A program made the translations under genes and the position numbers. DNA of 64,000 nt from Escherichia coli (GTDB lineage: Bacteria; Pseudomonadota; Gammaproteobacteria; Enterobacterales; Enterobacteriaceae): NCBI RefSeq assembly GCF_003991155.1, contig NZ_CP031293.1; one strand, written 5' to 3'. Numbering within the stretch: the stretch's first letter is position 1; each line of letters starts with the position of its first letter. This document shows positions 38,407-48,976 of the stretch, one piece after another. The notes beneath the pieces are model-generated. The model was not told the DNA's origin. It saw only the letters and a program-made list of their open reading frames with translations, and did not search any database.

Positions 38407-39624
38407 TTACCTCGTAATATTTAACGCTTTTCGCAAAATAAACGGACAGACGATTAAAAATGCATATTCCGGGCTAAATATCGAACCGGTAAAAAACAGC
38501 GATACCGGAGTAAAAAGATATAATTGCACGCGAAAATTGCGGTTATCACCAAAAGCGTTGATCATCATTTTTATCACTTTCCCCATGTACCACAGCGATA
38601 AAAACACTGCGAACCAGGAAAAATAAATAATCAGCAGATACAAACCATTGTCTATGGTTTTTCCGACATCCGCACCGTTAAATATTCCGAATGATGCGAC
38701 ATATTCATAAAGTGAGCCAAATCTGACTACACCGTCAATATGGGTCAAAGAATAACCGACCATCACCAGCGGACCGACAATACGATAATACGATGACGAA
38801 CCTTCCGTGCCTAAATCACCCAGACGGGTGGAAATATAAGGAAACGCGATTACCACACCAACCAGGAATACAGCCAGAGAAACCAATGCTAACGGTAACT
38901 TTTTCTTAATCGCCTCTTTATTCAGATATTGAAATGCCCACTCCAGCAAATAAAAAAGGATAAAGGTCATAACCCCTGAAAACGATCCGGATAATATTAT
39001 CCCTGCGAGAATCATAGCATCGGTTTTAGGCGTTTTGATACCAAACTGTTTGATGCTGAGCCAAATTGAGATTAATGCCAGAGCGAAAAATGCCGGTTCG
39101 AAATAAAGTGCTGTCGTGCGCTTGCCGCCGAATTTAATGAAATTCAGCACATAGCTGTTGCTGTAAATCAGATATTTCGAAATCGACTCCATAATACTGC
39201 TACCGCCGGTGAGGATAATTTGCGCCATCTCCACCGCCGCCAGCGCCACCACCAGCCCGACCACCAGATAAAAGAAACGTAATATCTTGCGATGGTTGTG
39301 TGGCGAAATTGTTTTAAAACGAATACTCCACACCATGCCAATAATGATCACAATATAGACAAACAGCATGGTTGAAGTGACGTATTTACTGGCATCCAAC
39401 GACTGACCAAACAGGTAGTTAAACGCCGTGAGTCCCGCACCAACCCCTAAGGCAATCATCAATTTTTTAACGTTGATGCGCTCTAAAAACAGCAGTAACA
39501 AGACGGGTAAAAAAGTGACGATGGTAATGGGGAAACTTTCGCCAAGCTGGGCGATTTTGACGTTAACCAGCAGGTAAATCAGCGGCAGCAGTAGGTAGCT
39601 ACAGATTCTGATAGAAGTTGACAT
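38407..39624 (-). CDS. wcaD: Colanic acid polymerase WcaD
   Basis: 405 aa from the internal Met [12 protein letters not shown]; polytopic membrane protein; 5' end overlaps the wcaC 3' end. Confidence 0.85.
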   Translation of the reverse strand: MSTSIRICSYLLLPLIYLLVNVKIAQLGESFPITIVTFLPVLLLLFLERINVKKLMIALGVGAGLTAFNYLFGQSLDASKYVTSTMLFVYIVIIIGMVWSIRFKTISPHNHRKILRFFYLVVGLVVALAAVEMAQIILTGGSSIMESISKYLIYSNSYVLNFIKFGGKRTTALYFEPAFFALALISIWLSIKQFGIKTPKTDAMILAGIILSGSFSGVMTFILFYLLEWAFQYLNKEAIKKKLPLALVSLAVFLVGVVIAFPYISTRLGDLGTEGSSSYYRIVGPLVMVGYSLTHIDGVVRFGSLYEYVASFGIFNGADVGKTIDNGLYLLIIYFSWFAVFLSLWYMGKVIKMMINAFGDNRNFRVQLYLFTPVSLFFTGSIFSPEYAFLIVCPFILRKALNITR

Positions 39625-40816
39625 ACTCCTCCAGCATCTGTTGTCCACTGTAGGCGGCGCGGCTGCGTTGGCTAAACCCAGCCAGCGTGGTACCAAATAT
39701 CGCCTGCGCGATTTCCGGTTTGCTTAACTGCACCAGTTGCAGCACGTCTTCTTCGCTGACGGTTTTACCGCCGGATTTTTGCAGAACTTCCCGCGCCGCG
39801 TCGCTATGGGTGGCAATCACCGGCACGCCAATCGATAGCGCCTCACACAAAATCAGCGGGTAGTTATCGACGCGAGAACTGAATACCAGCGCATCCATCT
39901 GATTGAGCGCGCTCATCAACTTGCGCTTGTCAGTTTCAAAGCCGTGATTAACCACGTTGCCAGCGGTGAACGGCGAGAACTTACCAAAGGTATGCAGTTC
40001 AATTTTGTCGCCCAGCGCCATCATCTCACGTACCAGTTGCTGGTTAGTTTTGCCGTCGTAACGCAGATCATGCGCCACCACCGCGATTTTCGGCTTGTCC
40101 TGGGTTTCGCGCACCGGAGGCAAGTCCGCCAGAATCGCTTCGGTTGCCATATCAATACCGTTATTGATAATCCGGCAACGCCCTGGACCGTACAGACTAT
40201 TGAAAGCATCAGCCACATGCTGGCTGGGGGAAATAAACTGACAGCCCAGTGCCAGCATCTCGCGGAATAACTGGCGTTTACCCGCCACCAGCTGGTGCGC
40301 GCGATCAATCTTCACCGGTGGATAGTTATTTAAGGTCGGGCATTTCTGGCAGCCCGTTTTCCAGCCTTCGCAACCGTCGGTAAAGGCGCAGCGTCCGGTA
40401 ACGCTCCAGTGATCGTGTAACGTCCAGACCAGAGTGATATCCGGTTTATGGTTTTTCACTTTTTCGCAAAAGCGCACCACGCTCTTAAGATTCAACCAGT
40501 AGCTGTGCAGCACATGAAAATGCAGGACCACCGGACCCGGTGTGCGAGTAATGGTGCGATATAACTCATTGAAATTGCCGAACAGATCGCGATTAAACAG
40601 ACGAAACAACGCAATGTTCGCCATCGCGGTCATCCGCGGCGTATGTTTGATGACCTGCGGATAGTTTTGATGACTGACGCTCTCTTTGCCGCCTTTGCCG
40701 TAGCCGTAGACAAAATGTGACGCCAGCCCCTGTTGCAGCGCGCGCTGGTGGAGATCTAACGCCACACCTGCTGCCCCGCCTTCCGCCAGTCGCACATTGA
40801 ATTGCAGAATATTCAT
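39599..40816 (-). CDS. wcaC: Colanic acid glycosyltransferase WcaC
   Basis: 405-aa GT4-type ORF. Confidence 0.9.
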   Translation of the reverse strand: MNILQFNVRLAEGGAAGVALDLHQRALQQGLASHFVYGYGKGGKESVSHQNYPQVIKHTPRMTAMANIALFRLFNRDLFGNFNELYRTITRTPGPVVLHFHVLHSYWLNLKSVVRFCEKVKNHKPDITLVWTLHDHWSVTGRCAFTDGCEGWKTGCQKCPTLNNYPPVKIDRAHQLVAGKRQLFREMLALGCQFISPSQHVADAFNSLYGPGRCRIINNGIDMATEAILADLPPVRETQDKPKIAVVAHDLRYDGKTNQQLVREMMALGDKIELHTFGKFSPFTAGNVVNHGFETDKRKLMSALNQMDALVFSSRVDNYPLILCEALSIGVPVIATHSDAAREVLQKSGGKTVSEEDVLQLVQLSKPEIAQAIFGTTLAGFSQRSRAAYSGQQMLEEYVNFYQNL

Positions 40817-41301
40817 TTAATTACCTTCACTCGCGCTTTTTCTCCCACCACCAGCGCGTTGTCCGGGACAGAGTCGAGCACCACGCTGCCCGCGCCCACG
40901 GTGACGTTGTTACCAAGCGTGATATCACCAAGAATAATGACGTTGGCACCGAGTTCGACGCCGTTGCCAATGTGTGGACATGCCATGTTATCGGCACCAC
41001 GATTGCCGATAGTGACGCCGTGACGAATGGTGAAATCATCCCCCGCGACCACGTTTTTATTGATCACCACGGCGTAACCGTGATGGATAGTGAAACGGCG
41101 GCCAATGGTCGCGGCGGCCTGGATTTCATAACCGAAAAAGCATTCGGTGATAATGCGATACAGCACCAGCAGCGGGGCCGCCCACAGATTGTTGAGGACG
41201 TTCTTTTTGCGCCACACCGAACAAAAATGAGCGACGCGATAGGCAAGAACCATGCAGCACGGACGTAAACTCCAGCTGTTGGCGCGCAGATCTTCCAGCA
41301 T
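40813..41301 (-). CDS. wcaB: Colanic acid acetyltransferase WcaB
   Basis: 162-aa serine-acetyltransferase-like hexapeptide ORF. Confidence 0.9.
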   Translation of the reverse strand: MLEDLRANSWSLRPCCMVLAYRVAHFCSVWRKKNVLNNLWAAPLLVLYRIITECFFGYEIQAAATIGRRFTIHHGYAVVINKNVVAGDDFTIRHGVTIGNRGADNMACPHIGNGVELGANVIILGDITLGNNVTVGAGSVVLDSVPDNALVVGEKARVKVIK

Positions 41302-41303
41302 CT

Positions 41304-42143
41304 TTAGCGCCCCCGAATACCATCAGCCAGACGTTTGCCGTTACGCACCGACAGCAGCGTCAGCAAAGTGCGCCAGGTCATGCGTTTATTGCGGATCTGG
41401 TAGAGGGTAAACAGCTGATATTTTTTGCTGGCGCGGTCGAATTTGTCTTTGTGCTTGCGGTAAAAGTGGAAGTATCCGGAGAATTTTTTCGGTGACGATG
41501 TGATCTGCATTTCACCATGATTGATATGCAGGATCTGCGTCGCCTCTTCCACTTTCCACGGTTCGCCGTACTCCACCACCATCCGCAGGAAGATGTCGTA
41601 ATCCTGTGCCGCTTTCAGTTTGGTATCGAACAAGCACTCTTTGAAACGCCACGCCCAGGTAAAGACCTGATTGCCAATAATATTGCGTTTGTAGAACAGG
41701 CGGCGTGAATACGGCGATTTGGGATACAGCGGCAAGCTTGCCGGTTGGGAATAGACTTCGCCCTGGCAAACGTAGTCGTTAGCGTACAAAAAGGCGTGAG
41801 TGACCAGTTGCTGTTTATGGGCGAGGAAGACGCTCAGGCGGTTGGGTGTCCATTCATCATCATCATCGATCCCGGTGATGTATTCCCCTTGCGCCAGCAT
41901 AATCGCCTGGTTACGTACCGCGCACGCCCCGCTGTTAATGTCGTTGTGAATGTAGGTAATACGCGGATCGTTGAGGGCGGTGACGTATTGTTGTAGTTGT
42001 TCCCAGGAGGTGGAGCAATCATCCACGATAATCATCTCCCAGTTGTTGTAGTCCTGGCGCAGGACCGATTTTATCGCCCGAATAGCCAGTTGTTGGCGGT
42101 TCCAGGTCGGCATATAGATTGAAATCAGCGGATTGTCTTTCAT
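41304..42143 (-). CDS. wcaA: Colanic acid family-2 glycosyltransferase WcaA
   Basis: 279-aa ORF with GT2 motifs (IVDDCS, DDDDEW). Confidence 0.9.
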   Translation of the reverse strand: MKDNPLISIYMPTWNRQQLAIRAIKSVLRQDYNNWEMIIVDDCSTSWEQLQQYVTALNDPRITYIHNDINSGACAVRNQAIMLAQGEYITGIDDDDEWTPNRLSVFLAHKQQLVTHAFLYANDYVCQGEVYSQPASLPLYPKSPYSRRLFYKRNIIGNQVFTWAWRFKECLFDTKLKAAQDYDIFLRMVVEYGEPWKVEEATQILHINHGEMQITSSPKKFSGYFHFYRKHKDKFDRASKKYQLFTLYQIRNKRMTWRTLLTLLSVRNGKRLADGIRGR

Positions 42144-42174
42144 AGGTTGTTCTCCCGGCTTATGAGCTGGTTTG

Positions 42175-42250
42175 CTTGCCGGATGCGGCGTGAACGCCTT
42201 ATCCGGCCTACGGGGCGGTGCGAATGCAGGCGTCGTTATTTCGCATCCGA
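42175..42250. repeat. REP-like palindromic unit between wcaA and wzc
   Basis: gccggatgcggcgtgaacgccttatccggcctacg motif. Confidence 0.75.
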
Positions 42251-44398
42251 CTTATATTCGTATTCGTAATAGCCATAATCCTGATACGCGCTGGCGCGGC
42301 GGAAGATGGAGTTCAAAATCACCCCTTTCACCGGAATACCGTTTTGCTCAAAGCGGCTCAGACTGGTTTCCACTTCTTTCAAGGTGTTGACCGCATAACG
42401 CGCCACCATTAACGTGGTTTCGACATGACGACCAACAATTGCCGCATCGGTCACTGCCAGAATCGGCGGCGTATCAATCAACACCAGGTCATAGTTTTTA
42501 CTCGCCCACTTCACCAGTTCGGCAAAGCGTTCGCTCATTAACAGTTCTGAAGGATTTGGCGGCACCTGACCGCGCGGGATCAGGTCAAATTTGGCAATAG
42601 AGGTCGGTTTAGCAGCGGTAGTAATATCGCCCTGTCCAATCAGAATTTCCGACAGGCCATTAACGTTATTAGTGCCCAACAGCTCGTGGGTGTAGCCTTT
42701 GCGCATATCGCAGTCGATCAACAACACCCGTTTATTGGTCTGGCTAATCACCGCCGCCAGGTTGGCGCAGACAAAGGTTTTACCGATTGACGGGCTAACC
42801 CCGGTCATCATCAACACATTGTTCTGCGCCTGCATCATCGCGAAGTGCAGACTGGTACGCAGACTGCGGATGGCTTCAATCGCCAGATCGGTTGGATTCC
42901 CCACCGCCAGTAGCTGGCTCTGTTTATAGCGTTTAATCCCTTTGATGGTTTTGACGCTATCGCGCGCTTTCTGCCATTCCGACAACGGGATGCTGGCATA
43001 GACACTGATACCGTGTTCTTCCAGCACCTGCGGGCTTTCGATGCCGCGATTAAACAACGAGCGCAGCAGCACACCCACGATAGAGAGCATCAGGCCAAGG
43101 ATAATCGCGCCGAGGATAATCAGCCCTTTCTTCGGTTTTAGCACGCCAGGCTGGGTGATTGCCGGGTCAACAATGCGCACATCGCCGACGGTGCTGGCTT
43201 CGGTGATTTTCAGCTCCTGCTCTTTATTCAGCAGTTGCATATAGACCTGTTGACCAGACTCGACATCGCGGGTCAGACGGACAATTTCCTGCTGGGTTTT
43301 CGGCATCGCCGTTACGCGACCGTTAAGTTTGGCTTTCTCTTCTTCCAGCGCCTGCCGTTTCTCCAGCAGCGTGCGATACGCCGGGTGAACTTTGGTGTAC
43401 AGCTTGGAGATTTCCGCTTCTTTAAAGGTCAGTTCGTTCAACTGCGCGTCGATGTTCACCATCGAATCGAGCACCGCTTTTGCTTCCAGCGGCAGATCAA
43501 CAGAATCTTTATCCTGACGGAAGGCATTCAGTTTGTTTTCGGCAACATCGAGGCGGCTACGTACTTCCGGTAACTGTTGCGCGAGGAAAGCGAGGCTTTT
43601 CGACGCTTCCGCCGATTTGCGCTCAATATTTTGTTCCTGATAGTTACGGGCGATGCTGTTAAGAATGTCGCGGATCTGTTCGCGATCTTCACCGGTATAA
43701 GTCAGGCTCAGTACGCCTGCGTCTTTGCCGTTCTCCGTTACCGTCAGGCTGTTTTGCAGTTGGTTGATCATCCCCAGCGTGGAGTATTTGGTGACGGTAA
43801 ACTCACTGCCCGGGCTGGCGTGAATGGCTTCAACCATCAGCGTGACGCCTTCTTTTTTCAGCATCTGGCCCGCTTGCCCACGGGCGCTAAAGCCGCCGTC
43901 GCTGCTCAGAGTGTAGTTTTTATCGTCCAGCACATTAAGCGTAAACACCTGATCCGCCATCTCTTTCGGGCGGTTAAAGGTGGTCACTTTTACCGTCTCG
44001 TTCTGGCGTCCCATCAGGCGATCCCAGCCCGCACCGAAAATAGGGAACGTGTTTTTGCTCACTGCAATATCGAGGTCGAGATCGTCCACCGTTTTACCAA
44101 GCACCAGACGCGAACGAATCAACTGGATCTCGGCGTCCGATGCTGGCGGTTTGTTGGCTAATGCCGAACCAATGTCCTGCACTAACGAATTGCCGCTGTT
44201 TTGCTCGATTTGTACCAGTGCGTCGGCACTATAAATCGGCGTGGCTAAGAAGGTGTAAACCACGGCACAGAGGGCAAATACGGCGGTGATGCCAATTACC
44301 CACCAGCGCGCTTCAATGACGGTGCCGACCAGGCGACCAATATCGATTTCATCACTGCCCGTTACCGGAGCGGCATGTTGTTTTACTTTTTCTGTCAT
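42236..44398 (-). CDS. wzc: Tyrosine autokinase / polysaccharide co-polymerase
   Basis: 720 aa from MTEKVKQHAAP; Walker A (SPSIGKT), C-terminal Tyr-rich tail (YQDYGYYEYEYKSDAK). Confidence 0.95.
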   Translation of the reverse strand: MTEKVKQHAAPVTGSDEIDIGRLVGTVIEARWWVIGITAVFALCAVVYTFLATPIYSADALVQIEQNSGNSLVQDIGSALANKPPASDAEIQLIRSRLVLGKTVDDLDLDIAVSKNTFPIFGAGWDRLMGRQNETVKVTTFNRPKEMADQVFTLNVLDDKNYTLSSDGGFSARGQAGQMLKKEGVTLMVEAIHASPGSEFTVTKYSTLGMINQLQNSLTVTENGKDAGVLSLTYTGEDREQIRDILNSIARNYQEQNIERKSAEASKSLAFLAQQLPEVRSRLDVAENKLNAFRQDKDSVDLPLEAKAVLDSMVNIDAQLNELTFKEAEISKLYTKVHPAYRTLLEKRQALEEEKAKLNGRVTAMPKTQQEIVRLTRDVESGQQVYMQLLNKEQELKITEASTVGDVRIVDPAITQPGVLKPKKGLIILGAIILGLMLSIVGVLLRSLFNRGIESPQVLEEHGISVYASIPLSEWQKARDSVKTIKGIKRYKQSQLLAVGNPTDLAIEAIRSLRTSLHFAMMQAQNNVLMMTGVSPSIGKTFVCANLAAVISQTNKRVLLIDCDMRKGYTHELLGTNNVNGLSEILIGQGDITTAAKPTSIAKFDLIPRGQVPPNPSELLMSERFAELVKWASKNYDLVLIDTPPILAVTDAAIVGRHVETTLMVARYAVNTLKEVETSLSRFEQNGIPVKGVILNSIFRRASAYQDYGYYEYEYKSDAK

Positions 44399-44400
44399 TC

Positions 44401-44844
44401 TTATACCTGCTCTGCGTTCAATGCCTGCGCCCACTGGCGGGCAGACCGTTCAAGTAATGTGTACACCGCTGCAAACGTTTCCCGGCTTTTGCGATACGGA
44501 TCGGGGATTTCACATTCGTTATCCCAGTGACCAAACAGCATCACTTTGCCGCGCATCTCAGGTGCCATCTCGCATAAGCGTTCGATATGGCGCTTTTCCA
44601 TGGTCAAAATCAGGTCGTAGTTGCGACACAGACGGCGGCTGATTTGCCGTGCACAGTGACCTTCCAGAGACAGTTGATGTTCTGCGGCGACGCTGATAGC
44701 AGTAGGGTCAGCGCCCTTACCGACCAGCGCGCCGAGTCCAGCGGACTCCACTTTCAGCTCCGGGTGATAACGTTGCAGTAAGCGTTCCGCCGTCGGGGAG
44801 CGGCAAATATTGCCGACACAGACAACTAAGATGTTGTTAAACAT
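44401..44844 (-). CDS. wzb: Low-molecular-weight protein-tyrosine phosphatase
   Basis: 147-aa ORF with CVGNICRS active-site motif. Confidence 0.95.
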   Translation of the reverse strand: MFNNILVVCVGNICRSPTAERLLQRYHPELKVESAGLGALVGKGADPTAISVAAEHQLSLEGHCARQISRRLCRNYDLILTMEKRHIERLCEMAPEMRGKVMLFGHWDNECEIPDPYRKSRETFAAVYTLLERSARQWAQALNAEQV

Positions 44845-44849
44845 GACGA

Positions 44850-45989
44850 TTACCAGTTATGAATGTCGCTGGCTGTATCCGTCATGTAACGGACACCGCT
44901 AATAGTTGGCAGCAACTGATTGATCAGACGGTTCCAGCGGGAAACCGGGGCGGTGGTGACATACACCACGTCATAAGGTTGCAGGCGGAATTCTGTCGCC
45001 ATCACCAGCGACGTGGCATCGGACATATCCAGCTGGTAGATATTGGCAATCTTGCCGTTACGCCCGCCCTCGCCTTTCAGCGGACGAATGACAAAGATGC
45101 CGCTGGCGTTGGAGGTGGTCATGTCGATGCCTTCAGCATTGCCCAGGGCTTCAGTCAGGGTCATGCCGCTAAAGTCCATTTTCAGGGTGCTCTGTTTCTT
45201 CACTTCACCCATCACAAACACTTTCAGATCATCATTACGTGGCACGTAAAGAATATCGCCGGGGTAAAGCAGTCGGTTCTGATTGAGGTCGCCGTTTTGC
45301 ATCAGCGCCTGCAAAGAAATGCGTTCTTCACGACCATTGTGTGTTAGCACTACGTTGCGCCAGTCAGCGGTGTCGGTCAGGCCACCTGCGGCGTTGATGG
45401 CGTCGAGAATGGTCAGTGGCACGTTGGTGATCGCCTGTTGACCGGATTTATTCACCTGACCGGAGATATAGGCTTTTTGCGAGCGGAAGGCGGCGATATT
45501 AACGTCCACCTGCGGGTCAGCGATGTACGTCGCTAAGCGCCCGGTAATATCACTGCGGATTTCAGCGAGCGTTTTCCCCACGACGTGAACCTTGCCGATA
45601 TACGGGTAGAACATGGTGCCGTCAGGCTGTACCCAGTTGCCGGTGTCGCTGGAGCTGCGGTACTGACCGGCTGGCGTGGTGAGTTCCGGGTGATCCCAGA
45701 CGGTGACATTAAGAACGTCCCCCGGCCCGACGCGATACTGATAATTCGCGATCTCACTTTCCAGCGTCATATTGGGGCGCGCTACATTCGGGCGTGGGCG
45801 TAATTGATCAATCAGGCGCGGGGTCAACGGATAAACATTCACCATTTTGTCGAGATCGAAATCAGCGTCCTGCTGTTTGATGACGTCTTTCCCCATCGTC
45901 GACATATTGCTGCCCGGAAGTACTGTGCAACCGCTTATCAAGGTTACTGACACCAATAATGGCATCAATTTCATTTTGGATTTCATCAT
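44850..45989 (-). CDS. wza: Outer-membrane polysaccharide export lipoprotein
   Basis: 379-aa ORF with lipoprotein signal (LISGC) in conserved position. Confidence 0.95.
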   Translation of the reverse strand: MMKSKMKLMPLLVSVTLISGCTVLPGSNMSTMGKDVIKQQDADFDLDKMVNVYPLTPRLIDQLRPRPNVARPNMTLESEIANYQYRVGPGDVLNVTVWDHPELTTPAGQYRSSSDTGNWVQPDGTMFYPYIGKVHVVGKTLAEIRSDITGRLATYIADPQVDVNIAAFRSQKAYISGQVNKSGQQAITNVPLTILDAINAAGGLTDTADWRNVVLTHNGREERISLQALMQNGDLNQNRLLYPGDILYVPRNDDLKVFVMGEVKKQSTLKMDFSGMTLTEALGNAEGIDMTTSNASGIFVIRPLKGEGGRNGKIANIYQLDMSDATSLVMATEFRLQPYDVVYVTTAPVSRWNRLINQLLPTISGVRYMTDTASDIHNW

Positions 45990-46167
45990 TGTTTATTTAT
46001 CACTTTGGCAGAGTAATTATCCTGTGCACTATTAATAGCAATGTCGCCATGCACATTTACCTTGCAGTTAATTGAATAAAAATTTAACTGGCATCAGTCC
46101 TAAAAAAATTGATTTCATCCGCAAGCTATTGACAGAATAATTCAGACTGGTCTTTCAGGCATCCAGA

Positions 46168-46179
46168 CACGCTACCGCC
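46168..46179 (-). promoter_or_regulatory. ops element (GGCGGTAGCGTG on the coding strand) in the JUMPstart leader of the colanic acid operon
   Basis: Exact reverse complement cacgctaccgcc on the + strand, ~180 nt upstream of the wza start. Confidence 0.8.
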
Positions 46180-46647
46180 CCTGGCTTTTTAGCTACCAAT
46201 ACACTGATTTAGCTTAATTTTTAAAACCCTCTCAACATACAGTCGTTGATGAGAAAGGGTTATTGCGGAAATTAACTTCCGAATATAAGGTGACATTATG
46301 GTAATTGAATATTGGCTCTCCAATAATGCAGGAGGAAGTGTTACAGCTAACGGAATAGCAGGCAAGGTAACAATTCGGCAATTGGCTATTTTTAAGAATT
46401 ATATTAAGTGTCATTCAATATGGTTTTTAGGAGTTTCTTTAGGTTGACAATATTTAATATAGTGTCTCCACATGCGATATTTCTTAAATAATGTTTTATT
46501 ATTACCACTTTTAATTCAGGGATAATGTGAGGTTATAACCCTCAAATAATATGAGATAAATAGTGCTGCAACATTGCATTTTTGCCCCGATTTATCCATG
46601 ATCGAATTGTGACATTTGTCATACAACGAATAGGTTTTGTACTTACT

Positions 46648-48231
46648 ATGGAATGGATTGCCGATCCGTCTATCTGGGCTGGATTAATCACGCTGATTGT
46701 GATCGAACTGGTCCTCGGCATTGATAACCTGGTCTTTATTGCCATCCTCGCCGAAAAACTACCGCCGAAGCAGCGCGACCGCGCACGGGTTACCGGGCTG
46801 CTGCTGGCGATGTTAATGCGCCTGTTACTGCTGGCGTCAATCTCCTGGCTGGTCACCCTGACTCAACCGCTGTTCAGCTTCCGCTCGTTTACCTTTAGCG
46901 CCCGCGACTTAATCATGCTGTTTGGTGGTTTCTTCCTGCTGTTCAAAGCCACGATGGAGCTGAACGAACGGCTGGAAGGGAAAGACAGCAATAACCCCAC
47001 GCAACGCAAAGGTGCGAAGTTCTGGGGGGTGGTGACACAAATTGTGGTACTGGACGCCATCTTCTCACTCGACTCGGTGATTACCGCCGTCGGGATGGTC
47101 GACCATTTACTGGTCATGATGGCCGCCGTCGTTATCGCTATCAGCCTGATGTTGATGGCCAGCAAGCCGTTAACGCAATTTGTTAACAGTCACCCGACGA
47201 TCGTTATTCTCTGCTTAAGCTTCCTGTTGATGATTGGCTTTAGCCTGGTGGCAGAAGGTTTCGGCTTCGTCATTCCGAAAGGCTACCTGTACGCTGCTAT
47301 TGGTTTCTCGGTGATGATCGAGGCGCTCAATCAGTTGGCTATCTTTAACCGGCGACGTTTTCTTTCCGCTAACCAGACGCTGCGCCAGCGAACTACCGAA
47401 GCGGTAATGCGCCTGTTAAGCGGGCAAAAAGAAGATGCGGAACTGGATGCCGAAACCGCGTCTATGCTGGTGGATCATGATAATCAGCAAATCTTTAATC
47501 CGCAGGAACGGCGGATGATTGAGCGGGTACTTAATCTTAACCAGCGTACCGTCAGCAGCATTATGACGTCGCGCCACGATATTGAGCATATCGATCTCAA
47601 CGCACCGGAAGAAGAAATCCGCCAGTTGCTGGAGCGAAATCAGCACACGCGACTGGTGGTTACTGATGGCGATGACGCGGAAGATTTGCTCGGTGTTGTT
47701 CACGTTATCGACCTGTTACAACAGTCACTGCGCGGCGAACCGCTCAACCTGCGGGTGTTGATTCGCCAGCCGCTGGTGTTCCCGGAAACCTTGCCGTTGT
47801 TACCTGCCCTGGAGCAGTTCCGTAATGCCCGCACACACTTTGCTTTTGTAGTGGATGAGTTTGGCTCGGTGGAAGGGATTGTGACATTAAGTGACGTCAC
47901 AGAAACCATTGCCGGTAACTTACCGAATGAAGTGGAAGAGATCGACGCCCGCCATGATATTCAGAAGAATGCCGACGGTTCCTGGACGGCGAATGGTCAT
48001 ATGCCGCTGGAAGATCTGGTGCAATATGTGCCGCTGCCGCTGGATGAAAAACGTGAATATCACACCATTGCCGGGCTATTGATGGAATATTTGCAGCGTA
48101 TTCCAAAACCTGGCGAAGAAGTTCAGGTGGGGGATTATTTGCTTAAAACGTTGCAGGTGGAAAGCCATCGCGTGCAGAAGGTGCAAATTATTCCGCTACG
48201 TAAGGATGGCGAGATGGAGTACGAAGTGTGA
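46648..48231 (+). CDS. yegH: Inner-membrane TerC-family protein with C-terminal CBS pair and CorC/HlyC transporter-associated domain
   Basis: 527 aa from [10 protein letters not shown]; hydrophobic N-terminal half, CBS-like C-terminal half. Confidence 0.9.
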   Translation: MEWIADPSIWAGLITLIVIELVLGIDNLVFIAILAEKLPPKQRDRARVTGLLLAMLMRLLLLASISWLVTLTQPLFSFRSFTFSARDLIMLFGGFFLLFKATMELNERLEGKDSNNPTQRKGAKFWGVVTQIVVLDAIFSLDSVITAVGMVDHLLVMMAAVVIAISLMLMASKPLTQFVNSHPTIVILCLSFLLMIGFSLVAEGFGFVIPKGYLYAAIGFSVMIEALNQLAIFNRRRFLSANQTLRQRTTEAVMRLLSGQKEDAELDAETASMLVDHDNQQIFNPQERRMIERVLNLNQRTVSSIMTSRHDIEHIDLNAPEEEIRQLLERNQHTRLVVTDGDDAEDLLGVVHVIDLLQQSLRGEPLNLRVLIRQPLVFPETLPLLPALEQFRNARTHFAFVVDEFGSVEGIVTLSDVTETIAGNLPNEVEEIDARHDIQKNADGSWTANGHMPLEDLVQYVPLPLDEKREYHTIAGLLMEYLQRIPKPGEEVQVGDYLLKTLQVESHRVQKVQIIPLRKDGEMEYEV

Positions 48232-48305
48232 TAAAACATCAAATGCGCAGGTTCAAACTGCGCATTTGATTTATACAAAATTTAGTATAATCTAAGGATG
48301 GAGTA

Positions 48306-48644
48306 ATGAGAAAAAAGCTGGCTTTTCTTGATACCAGTCTTGACGATTTACGCGCATTTCCAGAATCGTCTCGACAGGAAATTGGCTATCAACTCGACAG
48401 GATCCAACAAGGGTTAAACCCATACGACTGGAAACCTTTTTCAACTATCGGCCCTGGTGTGCGAGAGATTCGTACTCGCGATGCTGATGGGATCTATCGC
48501 GTCATGTATATCGCAAAATTTGAAGAAGCGGTTTACGTATTGCATTGTTTTCAAAAGAAAACACAGACTACCAGTCAATCGGATGTTGATTTAGCCAAAC
48601 GACGCTATAAAGAACTTGTTCAGGAGCGGAAAAATGAAAATTGA
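48306..48644 (+). CDS. Putative type II toxin, RelE/ParE superfamily (HigB / Gp49-like killer protein)
   Basis: 112-aa ORF with characteristic ...GxGVxExRxRxxxGxYRVxY...VYVLHCFQKKTQTTSQSDVDLAKRR... signature; preceded by -10-like tataat and Shine-Dalgarno aaggatgg; overlaps the downstream HTH gene. Confidence 0.7.
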   Translation: MRKKLAFLDTSLDDLRAFPESSRQEIGYQLDRIQQGLNPYDWKPFSTIGPGVREIRTRDADGIYRVMYIAKFEEAVYVLHCFQKKTQTTSQSDVDLAKRRYKELVQERKNEN

Positions 48645-48924
48645 AACCTTTGATAGTGTGTGGGATGCGGTGAGTGACACCCCTGAACAAGCGGAAAATA
48701 TGCGGATCCGTGCCGAACTTGTAACGATCATTAATAACTGGATTGAACAACAAGGGTTTAGCCAGGCTCAGGCAGCGTCTGCTTTAGGGGTCACTCAACC
48801 TCGCATATCTGAACTTGCCAGAGGTAAGATCCAGATCTTTAGTATCGATAAATTGATCACCATGATGGCTCATGCAGGATTGCATATTCAACGTATTGAA
48901 ATTCAATATCCACATGCTGCTTAG
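48634..48924 (+). CDS. Putative HTH (XRE-family) antitoxin, HigA-like
   Basis: ~96-aa ORF from MKIETFD (alternative start at 48616); helix-turn-helix core (QAQAASALGVTQPRISELARGK); start overlaps the toxin stop (aaATGAaaattga). Confidence 0.7.
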   Translation: MKIETFDSVWDAVSDTPEQAENMRIRAELVTIINNWIEQQGFSQAQAASALGVTQPRISELARGKIQIFSIDKLITMMAHAGLHIQRIEIQYPHAA

Positions 48925-48935
48925 TGCTATAAACA

Positions 48936-48965
48936 CAGATGGCGACAAATTGACGCCGCCATCTG
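48936..48965. terminator. Possible shared hairpin terminator between the antitoxin gene and convergent asmA
   Basis: Inverted repeat cagatggcg...cgccatctg; flanking T/A runs are weak. Confidence 0.35.
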
Positions 48966-48976
48966 CATAACTTGTC

